NCBI GenBank assembly: GCA_964057225.1
Contig: OZ059894.1
Location: 23,126,001 to 23,190,000 of the forward strand
Length of the DNA: 64,000 nt
Reading direction: 5' to 3'
DNA from: Auanema rhodensis
Lineage: Eukaryota; Animalia; Nematoda
The notes below the pieces were generated by a model. The model had not been told where the DNA came from and did no database searches. It was given only the letters and a program-made list of their open reading frames with translations. Shown piece after piece: positions 27,900 to 42,138 of the stretch. How positions within the stretch are numbered: the first letter of the stretch is position 1; the number at the start of each line of letters is the position of its first letter. The position numbers were made by a program, and so were the translations under genes.

Positions 27900-30800
27900 A
27901 ATTTACGTGAACTTTAATTTATGCTAATTAAATGTACACGTGATATGCACTTGGTATGTAACTCGCTTCACGTGAAAGATAAAGAGATGCGGTTTTCAAA
28001 ATTAGATTCCCCATGTCCATATTAGTCTAAAAACAAATTTTTATTGATATTGGTTCATGGTAACCATGACTTTGAAATTTACGTGAACTTTAATTCATGC
28101 TAATTAAATGTACACGTGATGTGCACATGGTATGTAACTCGCTTCACGTGAAAGATAAAGAGATGCGGTTTTCAAAATTAGATTCCCCATGTCCACATTA
28201 GTCTGAAAACAAATTTTTATTGATATTGGTTCATGGTAACCATGACTTTGAAATTTACGTGAACTTTAATTTATGCTAATTAAATGTACACGTGATGTGC
28301 ACTTGGTATGTAACTCGCTTCACGTAAAAGATAAAGAGATGCGGTTTTCAAAATTAGATTCCCCATGTCCATATTAGTCTAAAAACAGATTTTTATTTAT
28401 ATTGGTGCATGATAACCATGACTTTGAAATTTACGTGAACTTTAATTTATGCTAATTAAATGTACACGTGATGTGCACTTGGTATGTAACTCGCTTCACG
28501 TAAAAGATAAAGAGATGCGGTTTTCAAAATTAGATTCCCCATGTCCATATTAGTCTAAAAACAAATTTTTATTGATATTGGTTCATGATAACCATGACTT
28601 TGAAATTTACGTGAACTTTAATTTATGCTAATTAAATGTACACGTGATGTGCACTTGGTATGTAACTCGCTTCACGTAAAAGATAAAGAGATGCGGTTTT
28701 CAAAATTAGATTCCCCATGTCCATATTAGTCTAAAAACAAATTTTTATTGATATTGGTTCATGGTAACCATTACTTTGAAATTTACGTGAACTTTGATTT
28801 ATGCTAATTAAATGTACACGTGATGTGCACTTGGTATGTAACTCGCTTCACGTGAAAGATAAAAAGATGCGGTTTTGAAAATTAGATTCCCCATGTGCAT
28901 ATTAGTCTAAAAACAAATTTTTATTGATATTGGTGCATGGTAACCATGACTTTGAAATTTACGTGAACTTTAATTTATGCTAATTAAATGTACACGTGAT
29001 GTGCACTTGGTATGTAACTCGCTTCACGTGAAAGATAAAGAGATGCGGTTTTCAAAATTAGATTCCCCATGTCCATATTAGTCTAAAAACAAATTTTTAT
29101 TGATATTGGTGCATGGTAACCATGTCTTTGGAATTTACGTGAACTTTAATTTATGCTAATTAAATGTACACGTGATGTGCACTTGGTATGTAACTCGCTT
29201 CACGTGAAAGATAAAGAGATGCGGTTTTCAAAATTAGATTCCCCATGTCCATATTAGTCTAAAAACAAATTTTTATTGATATTGGTGCATGGTAACCATG
29301 ACTTTGAAATTTACGTGAACTTTAATTTATGCTAATTAAATGTACACGTGATGTGCACTTGGTATGTAACTCGCTTCACGTGAAAGATAAAGAGATGCGG
29401 TTCTCAAAATTAGATTCCCCATGTCCATAATAGTCGAAAAACAAATTTTTATTGATATTGGTGCATGGTAACCATGACTTTGAAATTTACGTGAACTTTA
29501 ATTTATGCTAATTAAATGTACACGTGATGTGCACTTGGTATGTAACTCGCTTCACGTGAAAGATAAAGAGATGCGGTTTTCAAAATTAGATTCCCCATGT
29601 CCATATTAGTCTAAAAACAAATTTTTATTGATATTGGTGCATGGTAACCATGACTTTGAAATTTACGTGAACTTTAATTTATGCTAATTAAATGTACACG
29701 TGATGTGCACTTGGTATGTAACTCGCTTCACGTGAAAGATAAAGAGATGCGGTTTTCAAAATTAGATTCCCCATGTCCATATTAGTCTAAAAACAAATTT
29801 TCATTGATATTGGTGCATGGTAACCATGACTTTGAAATTTACGTGAACTTTAATTTATGCTAATTAAATGTACACGTGATATGCACTTGGTATGTAACTC
29901 GCTTCACGTGAAAGATAAAGAGATGCGGTTTTCAAAATTAGATTCCCCATGTCCATATTAGTCTAAAAACAAATTTTTATTGATATTGGTTCATGGTAAC
30001 CATGACTTTGAAATTTACGTGAACTTTAATTCATGCTAATTAAATGTACACGTGATGTGCACATGGTATGTAACTCGCTTCACGTGAAAGATAAAGAGAT
30101 GCGGTTTTCAAAATTAGATTCCCCATGTCCATATTAGTCTGAAAACAAATTTTTATTGATATTGGTTCATGGTAACCATGACTTTGAAATTTACGTGAAC
30201 TTTAATTTATGCTAATTAAATGTACACGTGATGTGCACTTGGTATGTAACTCGCTTCACGTAAAAGATAAAGAGATGCGGTTTTCAAAATTAGATTCCCC
30301 ATGTCCATATTAGTCTAAAAACAGATTTTTATTTATATTGGTGCATGATAACCATGACTTTGAAATTTACGTGAACTTTAATTTATGCTAATTAAATGTA
30401 CACGTGATGTGCACTTGGTATGTAACTCGCTTCACGTAAAAGATAAAGAGATGCGGTTTTCAAAATTAGATTCCCCATGTCCATATTAGTCTAAAAACAA
30501 ATTTTTATTGATATTGGTTCATGATAACCATGACTTTGAAATTTACGTGAACTTTAATTTATGCTAATTAAATGTACACGTGATGTGCACTTGGTATGTA
30601 ACTCGCTTCACGTAAAGGTAAAGAGATGCGGTTTTCAAAATTAGATTCCCCATGTCCATATTAGTCTAAAAACAAATTTTTATTGATATTGGTTCATGGT
30701 AACCATTACTTTGAAATTTACGTGAACTTTGATTTATGCTAATTAAATGTACACGTGATGTGCACTTGGTATGTAACTCGCTTCACGTGAAAGATAAAGA

Positions 30801-31800
30801 GATGCGGTTTTCAAAATTAGATTCCCCATGTGCATATTAGTCTAAAAACAAATTTTTATTGATATTGGTGCATGGTAACCATGACTTTGAAATTTACGTG
30901 AACTTTAATTTATGCTAATTAAATGTACACGTGATGTGCACTTGGTATGTAACTCGCTTCACGTGAAAGATAAAGAGATGCGGTTTTCAAAATTAGATTC
31001 CCCATGTCCATATTAGTCTAAAAACAAATTTTTATTGATATTGGTGCATGGTAACCATGTCTTTGGAATTTACGTGAACTTTAATTTATGCTAATTAAAT
31101 GTACACGTGATGTGCACTTGGTATGTAACTCGCTTCACGTGAAAGATAAAGAGATGCGGTTTTCAAAATTAGATTCCCCATGTCCATATTAGTCTAAAAA
31201 CAAATTTTTATTGATATTGGTGCATGGTAACCATGACTTTGAAATTTACGTGAACTTTAATTTATGCTAATTAAATGTACACGTGATGTGCACTTGGTAT
31301 GTAACTCGCTTCACGTGAAAGATAAAGAGATGCGGTTCTCAAAATTAGATTCCCCATGTCCATATTAGTCGAAAAACAAATTTTTATTGATATTGGTGCA
31401 TGGTAACCATGACTTTGAAATTTACGTGAACTTTAATTTATGCTAATTAAATGTACACGTGATGTGCACTTGGTATGTAACTCGCTTCACGTGAAAGATA
31501 AAGAGATGCGGTTTTCAAAATTAGATTCCCCATGTCCATATTAGTCTAAAAACAAATTTTTATTGATATTGGTGCATGGTAACCATGACTTTGAAATTTA
31601 CGTGAACTTTAATTTATGCTAATTAAATGTACACGTGATGTGCACTTGGTATGTAACTCGCTTCACGTGAAAGATAAAGAGATGCGGTTTTCAAAATTAG
31701 ATTCCCCATGTCCATATTAGTCTAAAAACAAATTTTCATTGATATTGGTGCATGGTAACCATGACTTTGAAATTTACGTGAACTTTAATTTATGCTAATT
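27900..31800. repeat. 11-monomer (1936/1935 bp) tandem duplication, slightly diverged
   Basis: gatatgc 27945/29881, acagatttttattt 28388/30324, ggttctc 29403/31338, ttcattg 29802/31737. The copies differ at about 28196, 28864, 28877, 29430 and by a 1-bp deletion near 30616. Confidence 0.9.
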
Positions 31801-34800
31801 AAATGTACACGTGATGTGCACTTGGTATGTAACTCGCTTCACGTGAAAGATAAAGAGATGCGGTTTTCAAAATTAGATTCCCCATGTCCATATTAGTCTA
31901 AAAACAAATTTTTATTGATATTGGTGCATGGTAACCATGACTTTGAAATTTACGTGAACTTTAATTTATGCTAATTAAATGTACACGTGATGTGCACTTG
32001 GTATGTAACTCGCTTCACGTGAAAGATAAAGAGATGCGGTTTTCAAAATTAGATTCCCCATGTCCATATTAGTCTAAAAACAAATTTTTATTGATATTGG
32101 TGCATGGTAACCATGTCTTTCAAATTTACGTGAACTTTAATTTATGCTAATTAAATGTACACGTGATGTGCACTTGGTATGTAACTCGCTTCACGTGAAA
32201 GATAAAGAGATGCGGTTTTCAAAATTAGATTCCCCATGTCCATATTAGTCTAAAAACAAATTTTTATTGATATTGGTTCATGGTAACCATGACTTTGAAA
32301 TTTACGTGAACTTTAATTTATGCTAATTAAATGTACACGTGATGTGCACTTGGTATGTAACTCGCTTCACGTGAAAGATAAAGAGATGCGGTTTTCAAAA
32401 TTAGATTCCCCATGTCCATATTAGTCTAAAAACAAATTTTTATTGATATTGGTGCATGGTAACCATGACTTTGAAATTTACGTGAACTTTAATTTATGCT
32501 AATTAAATGTACACGTGATGTGCACTTGGTATGTAACTCGCTTCACGTGAAAGATAAAGAGATGCGGTTTTCAAAATTAGATTCCCCATGTCCATATTAG
32601 TCTAAAAACAAATTTTTATTGTTATTGGTTCATGGTAACCATGACTTTGTAATTTACGTCAACTTTAATTTATGCTAATTAAATGTACACGTGATGTGCA
32701 CTTGGTATGTAACTCGCTTCACGTGAAAGATAAAGAGATGCGGTTTTCAAAATTAGATTCCCCATGTCCATATTAGTCTAAAAACAAATTTTTATTGATA
32801 TTGGTTCATGGTAACCATGACTTTGAAATTTACGTGAACTTTAATTTATGCTAATTAAATGTACACGTGATGTGCACTTGGTATGTAACTCGCTTCACGT
32901 GAAAGATAAAATGATGCGGTTTTCAAAATTAGATTCCCCATGTCCATATTAGTCTAAAAACAAATTTTTATTGATATTGGTTCATGGGAACCATGACTTT
33001 GAAATTTACGTGAACTTTAATTTATGCTAATTAAATGTACACGTGATGTGCACTTGGTATGTAACTCGCTTCACGTGAAAGATAAAGAGATGCGGTTTTC
33101 AAAATTAGATTCCCCATGTCCATATTAGTCTAAAAACAAATTTTTATTGATATTCGTGCATGGTAACCATGACTTTGAAATTTACGTGAACTTTAATTTA
33201 TGCTAATTAAATGTACACGTGATGTGCACTTGGTATGTAACTCGCTTCACGTGAAAGATAAAGAGATGCGGTTTCCAAAATTAGATTCCCCATGTCCATA
33301 TTAGTCTAAAAACAAATTTTTATTGATATTGGTGCATGGTAACCATGACTTTGAAATTTACGTGAACTTTAATTTATGCTAATTAAATGTACACGTGATG
33401 TGCACTTGGTATGTAACTCGCTTCACGTGAAAGATGAAGAGATGCGGTTTTCAAAATTAGATTCCCCATGTCCATATTAGTCTAAAAACAAATTTTTATT
33501 GATATTGGTTCATGGTAACCATGACTTTGAAATTTACGTGAACTTTAATTCATGCTAATTAAATGTACACGTGATGTGCACATGGTAGGTAACTCGCTTC
33601 ACGTGAAAGATAAAGAGATGCGGTTTTCAAAATTAGATTCCCCATGTCCATATTAGTCTAAAAACAAATTTTTATTGATATTGATTCATGGTAACCATGA
33701 CTTTGAAATTTACGTGAACTTTAATTTATGCTAATTAAATGTACACGTGATGTGCACTTGGTATGTAACTCGCTTCACGTGAAAGATAAAGAGATGCGGT
33801 TTCCAAAATTAGATTCCCCATGTCCATATTAGTCTGAAAACAAATTTTTATTGATATTGGTTCATGGTAACCATGACTTTGAAATTTACGTGAACTTTAA
33901 TTTATGCTAATTAAATGTACACGTGATGTGCACTTGGTATGTAACTCGCTTCACGTAAAAGATAAAGAGATGCGGTTTTCAAAATTAGATTCCCCATGTC
34001 CATATTAGTCTAAAAACAAATTTTTATTGATATTGGTTCATGATAACCATGACTTTGAAATTTACGTGAACTTCAATTTATGCTAATTAAATGTACACGT
34101 GATGTGCACTTGGTATGTAACTCGCTTCACGTGAAAGATAAAGAGATGCGGTTTTCAAAATTAGATTCCCCATGTCCATATTAGTCTAAAAACAAATTTT
34201 TATTGATATTGGTGCATCGTAACCATGACTTTGAAATTTACGTGAACTTTAATTTATGCTAATTAAATGTACACGTGATGTGCACTTGGTATGTAACTCG
34301 CTTCACGTGAAAGATGAAAAGATGCGGTTTTCAAAATTAGATTCCCCATGTCCATATTAGTCTAAAAACAAATTTTTATTGATATTGGTGCATGGTAACC
34401 ATGACTTTGAAATTTACGTGAACTTTAATTTATGCTAATTAAATGTACACGTGATGTGCACTTGGTATGTAACTCGCTTCATGTGAAAGATAAAGAGATG
34501 CGGTTTTCAAAATTAGATTCCCCATGTCAATATTAGTCTAAAAACAAATTTTTATTGATATTGGTGCATGGTAACCATGACTTTGAAATTTACGTGAACT
34601 TTAATTTATGCTAATTAAATGTACACGTGATGTGCACTTGGTATGTAACTCGCTTCACGTGAAAGATAAAGAGATGCGGTTTTCAAAATTAGATTCCCCA
34701 TGTCCATATTAGTCTAAAAACAAATTTTTATTGATATTGGTTCATGGTAACCATGACTTTGAAATTTACGTGAACTTTAATTCATGCTAATTAAATGTAC

Positions 34801-35803
34801 ACGTGATGTGCACATGGTATGTAACTCGCTTCACGTGAAAGATAAAGAGATGCGGTTTTCAAAATTAGATTCCCCATGTCCATATTTGTCTAAAAACAAA
34901 TTTTTATTGATATTGGTTCATGGTAACCATGACTTTGAAATTTACGTGAACTTTAATTTATGCTAATTAAATGTACACGTGATGTGCACTTGGTATGTAA
35001 CTCGCTTCACGTGAAAGATAAAGAGATGCGGTTTTCAAAATTAGATTCCCCATGTCCATATTAGTCTAAAAACAAATTTTTATTGATATTGGTTCATGGT
35101 AACCATGACTTTGAAATTTACGTGAACTTTAATTTATGCTAATTAAATGTACACGTGATGTGCACTTGGTATGTAACTCGCTTCACGTGAAAGATAAAGA
35201 GATGCGGTTTTCAAAATTAGATTCCCCATGTCCATATTAGTCTAAAAACAAATTTTTATTGATATTGGTTCATGGTAACCATGACTTTGAAATTTACGTG
35301 AACTTTAATTTATGCTAATTAAATGTACACGTGATGTGCACTTGGTATGTAACTCGCTTCACGTGAAAGATGAAAAGATGCGGTTTTCAAAATTAGATTC
35401 CCCATGTCCATATTTGTCTAAAAACAAATTTTTATTGATATTGGTGCATGGTAACCATGACTTTGAAATTTACGTGAACTTTAATTTATGCTAATTAAAT
35501 GTACACGTGATGTGCACTTGGTATGTAACTCGCTTCACGTGAAAGATAAAGAGATGCGGTTTTCAAAATTAGATTCCCCATGTCAATATTAGTCTAAAAA
35601 CAAATTTTTATTGATATTGGTGCATGGTAACCATGACTTTGAAATTTACGTGAACTTTAATTTATGCTAATTAAATGTACACGTGATGTGCACTTGGTAT
35701 GTAACTCGCTTCACGTGAAAGATAAAGAGATGCGGTTTTCAAAATTAGATTCCCCATGTCCATATTAGTCTAAAAACAAATTTTTATTGATATTGGTTCA
35801 TGG

Positions 35804-38800
35804 TAACCATGACTTTGAAATTTACGTGAACTTTAATTCATGCTAATTAAATGTACACGTGATGTGCACATGGTATGTAACTCGCTTCACGTGAAAGATA
35901 AAGAGATGCGGTTTTCAAAATTAGATTCCCCATGTCCATATTTGTCTAAAAACAAATTTTTATTGATATTGGTTCATGGTAACCATGACTTTGAAATTTA
36001 CGTGAACTTTAATTTATGCTAATTAAATGTACACGTGATGTGCACTTGGTATGTAACTCGCTTCACGTGAAAGATAAAGAGATGCGGTTTTCAAAATTAG
36101 ATTCCCCATGTCCATATTAGTCTAAAAACGAATTTTTATTGATATTGGTTCATGGTAACCATGACTTTGAAATTTACGTGAACTTTAATTTATGCTAATT
36201 AAATGTACACGTGATGTGCACTTGGTATGTAACTCGCTTCACGTGAAAGATAAAGAGATGCGGTTTTCAAAATTAGATTCCCCATGTCCATATTAGTCTA
36301 AAAACAAATTTTTATTGATATTGGTTCATGGTAACCATGACTTTGAAATTTACGTGAACTTTAATTTATGCTAATTAAATGTACACGTGATGTGCACTTG
36401 GTATGTAACTCGCTTCACGTGAAAGATGAAAAGATGCGGTTTTCAAAATTAGATTCCCCATGTCCATATTAGTCTAAAAACAAATTTTTATTGATATTGG
36501 TGCATGGTAACCATGACTTTGAAATTTACGTGAACTTTAATTTATGCTAATTAAATGTACACGTGATGTGCACTTGGTATGTAACTCGCTTCACGTGAAA
36601 GATAAAGAGATGCGGTTTTCAAAATTAGATTCCCCATGTCAATATTAGTCTAAAAACAAATTTTTATTGATATTGGTGCATGGTAACCATGACTTTGAAA
36701 TTTACGTGAACTTTAATTTATGCTAATTAAATGTACACGTGATGTGCACTTGGTATGTAACTCGCTTCACGTGAAAGATAAAGAGATGCGGTTTTCAAAA
36801 TTAGATTCCCCATGTCCATATTAGTCTAAAAACAAATTTTTATTGATATTGGTTCATGGTAACCATGACTTTGAAATTTACGTGAACTTTAATTCATGCT
36901 AATTAAATGTACACGTGATGTGCACATGGTATGTAACTCGCTTCACGTGAAAGATAAAGAGATGCGGTTTTCAAAATTAGATTCCCCATGTCCATATTTG
37001 TCTAAAAACAAATTTTTTTTGATATTGGTTCATGGTAACCATGACTTTGAAATTTACGTGAACTTTAATTTATGCTAATTAAATGTACACGTGATGTGCA
37101 CTTGGTATGTAACTCGCTTCACGTGAAAGATAAAGAGATGCGGTTTTCAAAATTAGATTCCCCATGTCCATATTAGTCTAAAAACAAATTTTTATTGATA
37201 TTGGTTCATGGTAACCATGACTTTGAAATTTACGTGAACTTTAATTTATGCTAATTAAATGTACACGTGATGTGCACTTGGTATGTAACTCGCTTCACGT
37301 GAAAGATAAAGAGATGCGGTTTTCAAAATTAGATTCCCCATGTCCATATTAGTCTAAAAACAAATTTTTATTGATATTGGTTCATGGTAACCATGACTTT
37401 GAAATTTACGTGAACTTTAATTTATGCTAATTAAATGTACACGTGATGTGCACTTGGTATGTAACTCGCTTCACGTGAAAGATAAAGAGATGCGGTTTTC
37501 AAAATTAGATTCCCCATGTCCATATTAGTCTAAAAACAAATTTTTATTGATATTGGTGCATGGTAACCATGTCTTTGAAATTTACGTGAACTTTAATTTA
37601 TGCTAATTAAATGTACACGTGATGTGCACTTGGTATGTAACTCGCTTCACGTGAAAGATAAAGAGATGCGGTTTTCAAAATTAGATTCCCCATGTCCATA
37701 TTTGTCTAAAAACAAATTTTTTTTGATATTGGTTCATGGTAACCATGACTTTGAAATTTACGTGAACTTTAATTTATGCTAATTAAATGTACACGTGATG
37801 TGCACTTGGTATGTAACTCGCTTCACGTGAAAGATAAAGAGATGCGGTTTTCAAAATTAGATTCCCCATGTCCATATTAGTCTAAAAACAAATTTTTATT
37901 GATATTGGTTCATGGTAACCATGACTTTGAAATTTACGTGAACTTTAATTCATGCTAATTAAATGTACACGTGATGTGCACATGGTAGGTAACTCGCTTC
38001 ACGTGAAAGATAAAGAGATGCGGTTTTCAAAATTAGATTCCCCATGTCCATATTAGTCTAAAAACAAATTTTTATTGATATTGATTCATGGTAACCATGA
38101 CTTTGAAATTTACGTGAACTTTAATTTATGCTAATTAAATGTACACGTGATATGCACTTGGTATGTAACTCGCTTCACGTGAAAGATAAAGAGATGCGGT
38201 TTTCAAAATTAGATTCCCCATGTCCATATTAGTCTGAAAACAAATTTTTATTGATATTGGTTCATGGTAACCATGACTTTGAAATTTACGTGAACTTTAA
38301 TTTATGCTAATTAAATGTACACGTGATGTGCACTTGGTATGTAACTCGCTTCACGTAAAAGATAAAGAGATGCGGTTTTCAAAATTAGATTCCCCATGTC
38401 CATATTAGTCTAAAAACAGATTTTTATTTATATTGGTGCATGATAACCATGACTTTGAAATTTACGTGAACTTCAATTTATGCTAATTAAATGTACACGT
38501 GATGTGCACTTGGTATGTAACTCGCTTCACGTAAAAGATAAAGAGATGCGGTTTTCAAAATTAGATTCCCCATGTCCATATTAGTCTAAAAACAAATTTT
38601 TATTGATATTGGTTCATGATAACCATGACTTTGAAATTTACGTGAACTTTAATTCATGCTAATTAAATGTACACGTGATGTGCACATGGTATGTAACTCG
38701 CTTCACGTGAAAGATAAAGAGATGCGGTTTTCAAAATTAGATTCCCCATGTCCATATTTGTCTAAAAACAAATTTTTATTGATATTGGTTCATGGTAACC

Positions 38801-41470
38801 ATGACTTTGAAATTTACGTGAACTTTAATTTATGCTAATTAAATGTACACGTGATGTGCACTTGGTATGTAACTCGCTTCACGTGAAAGATAAAGAGATG
38901 CGGTTTTCAAAATTAGATTCCCCATGTCCATATTAGTCTAAAAACGAATTTTTATTGATATTGGTTCATGGTAACCATGACTTTGAAATTTACGTGAACT
39001 TTAATTTATGCTAATTAAATGTACACGTGATGTGCACTTGGTATGTAACTCGCTTCACGTGAAAGATAAAGAGATGCGGTTTTCAAAATTAGATTCCCCA
39101 TGTCCATATTAGTCTAAAAACAAATTTTTATTGATATTGGTTCATGGTAACCATGACTTTGAAATTTACGTGAACTTTAATTTATGCTAATTAAATGTAC
39201 ACGTGATGTGCACTTGGTATGTAACTCGCTTCACGTGAAAGATGAAAAGATGCGGTTTTCAAAATTAGATTCCCCATGTCCATATTAGTCTAAAAACAAA
39301 TTTTTATTGATATTGGTGCATGGTAACCATGACTTTGAAATTTACGTGAACTTTAATTTATGCTAATTAAATGTACACGTGATGTGCACTTGGTATGTAA
39401 CTCGCTTCACGTGAAAGATAAAGAGATGCGGTTTTCAAAATTAGATTCCCCATGTCAATATTAGTCTAAAAACAAATTTTTATTGATATTGGTGCATGGT
39501 AACCATGACTTTGAAATTTACGTGAACTTTAATTTATGCTAATTAAATGTACACGTGATGTGCACTTGGTATGTAACTCGCTTCACGTGAAAGATAAAGA
39601 GATGCGGTTTTCAAAATTAGATTCCCCATGTCCATATTAGTCTAAAAACAAATTTTTATTGATATTGGTTCATGGTAACCATGACTTTGAAATTTACGTG
39701 AACTTTAATTCATGCTAATTAAATGTACACGTGATGTGCACATGGTATGTAACTCGCTTCACGTGAAAGATAAAGAGATGCGGTTTTCAAAATTAGATTC
39801 CCCATGTCCATATTTGTCTAAAAACAAATTTTTTTTGATATTGGTTCATGGTAACCATGACTTTGAAATTTACGTGAACTTTAATTTATGCTAATTAAAT
39901 GTACACGTGATGTGCACTTGGTATGTAACTCGCTTCACGTGAAAGATAAAGAGATGCGGTTTTCAAAATTAGATTCCCCATGTCCATATTAGTCTAAAAA
40001 CAAATTTTTATTGATATTGGTTCATGGTAACCATGACTTTGAAATTTACGTGAACTTTAATTTATGCTAATTAAATGTACACGTGATGTGCACTTGGTAT
40101 GTAACTCGCTTCACGTGAAAGATAAAGAGATGCGGTTTTCAAAATTAGATTCCCCATGTCCATATTAGTCTAAAAACAAATTTTTATTGATATTGGTTCA
40201 TGGTAACCATGACTTTGAAATTTACGTGAACTTTAATTTATGCTAATTAAATGTACACGTGATGTGCACTTGGTATGTAACTCGCTTCACGTGAAAGATA
40301 AAGAGATGCGGTTTTCAAAATTAGATTCCCCATGTCCATATTAGTCTAAAAACAAATTTTTATTGATATTGGTGCATGGTAACCATGTCTTTGAAATTTA
40401 CGTGAACTTTAATTTATGCTAATTAAATGTACACGTGATGTGCACTTGGTATGTAACTCGCTTCACGTGAAAGATAAAGAGATGCGGTTTTCAAAATTAG
40501 ATTCCCCATGTCCATATTTGTCTAAAAACAAATTTTTTTTGATATTGGTTCATGGTAACCATGACTTTGAAATTTACGTGAACTTTAATTTATGCTAATT
40601 AAATGTACACGTGATGTGCACTTGGTATGTAACTCGCTTCACGTGAAAGATAAAGAGATGCGGTTTTCAAAATTAGATTCCCCATGTCCATATTAGTCTA
40701 AAAACAAATTTTTATTGATATTGGTTCATGGTAACCATGACTTTGAAATTTACGTGAACTTTAATTCATGCTAATTAAATGTACACGTGATGTGCACATG
40801 GTAGGTAACTCGCTTCACGTGAAAGATAAAGAGATGCGGTTTTCAAAATTAGATTCCCCATGTCCATATTAGTCTAAAAACAAATTTTTATTGATATTGA
40901 TTCATGGTAACCATGACTTTGAAATTTACGTGAACTTTAATTTATGCTAATTAAATGTACACGTGATATGCACTTGGTATGTAACTCGCTTCACGTGAAA
41001 GATAAAGAGATGCGGTTTTCAAAATTAGATTCCCCATGTCCATATTAGTCTGAAAACAAATTTTTATTGATATTGGTTCATGGTAACCATGACTTTGAAA
41101 TTTACGTGAACTTTAATTTATGCTAATTAAATGTACACGTGATGTGCACTTGGTATGTAACTCGCTTCACGTAAAAGATAAAGAGATGCGGTTTTCAAAA
41201 TTAGATTCCCCATGTCCATATTAGTCTAAAAACAGATTTTTATTTATATTGGTGCATGATAACCATGACTTTGAAATTTACGTGAACTTCAATTTATGCT
41301 AATTAAATGTACACGTGATGTGCACTTGGTATGTAACTCGCTTCACGTAAAAGATAAAGAGATGCGGTTTTCAAAATTAGATTCCCCATGTCCATATTAG
41401 TCTAAAAACAAATTTTTATTGATATTGGTTCATGATAACCATGACTTTGAAATTTACGTGAACTTTAATT
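35804..41470. repeat. 16-monomer (2816 bp) tandem duplication
   Basis: ORF-marked monomers 35840/38656, 36896/39712, 37600/40416; acaga 38419/41235; catgataacc 38619/41435; all at offset 2816. Confidence 0.92.
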
Positions 41471-42138
41471 TATGCTAATTAAATGTACACGTGATGTGCA
41501 CTTGGTATGTAACTCGCTTCACGTAAAAGATAAAGAGATGCGGTTTTCAAAATTAGATTCCCCATGTCCATATTAGTCTAAAAACAAATTTTTATTGATA
41601 TTGGTTCATGGTAACCATTACTTTGAAATTTACGTGAACTTTGATTTATGCTAATTAAATGTACACGTGATGTGCACTTGGTATGTAACTCGCTTCACGT
41701 GAAAGATAAAGAGATGCGGTTTTTAAAATTAGATTCCCCATGTGCATATTAGTCTAAAAACAAATTTTTATTGATATTGGTGCATGGTAACCATGACTTT
41801 GAAATTTACGTGAACTTTAATTTATGCTAATTAAATGTACACGTGATGTGCACTTGGTATGTAACTCGCTTCACGTGAAAGATAAAGAGATGCGGTTTTC
41901 AAAATTAGATTCCCCATGTCCATATTAGTCCAAAAACAAATTTTTATTGATATTGGTTCATGGTAACTATGACTTTGAAATTTACGTGAACTTTAATTCA
42001 TGCTAATTAAATGTACACGTGATGTGCACTTGGTATGTAACTCGCTTCACGTGAAAGATAAAGAGATGCGGTTTTCAAAATTAGATTCCCCATGTCCATA
42101 TTAGTCTAAAAACAAATTTTTATTGATATTGGTGCATC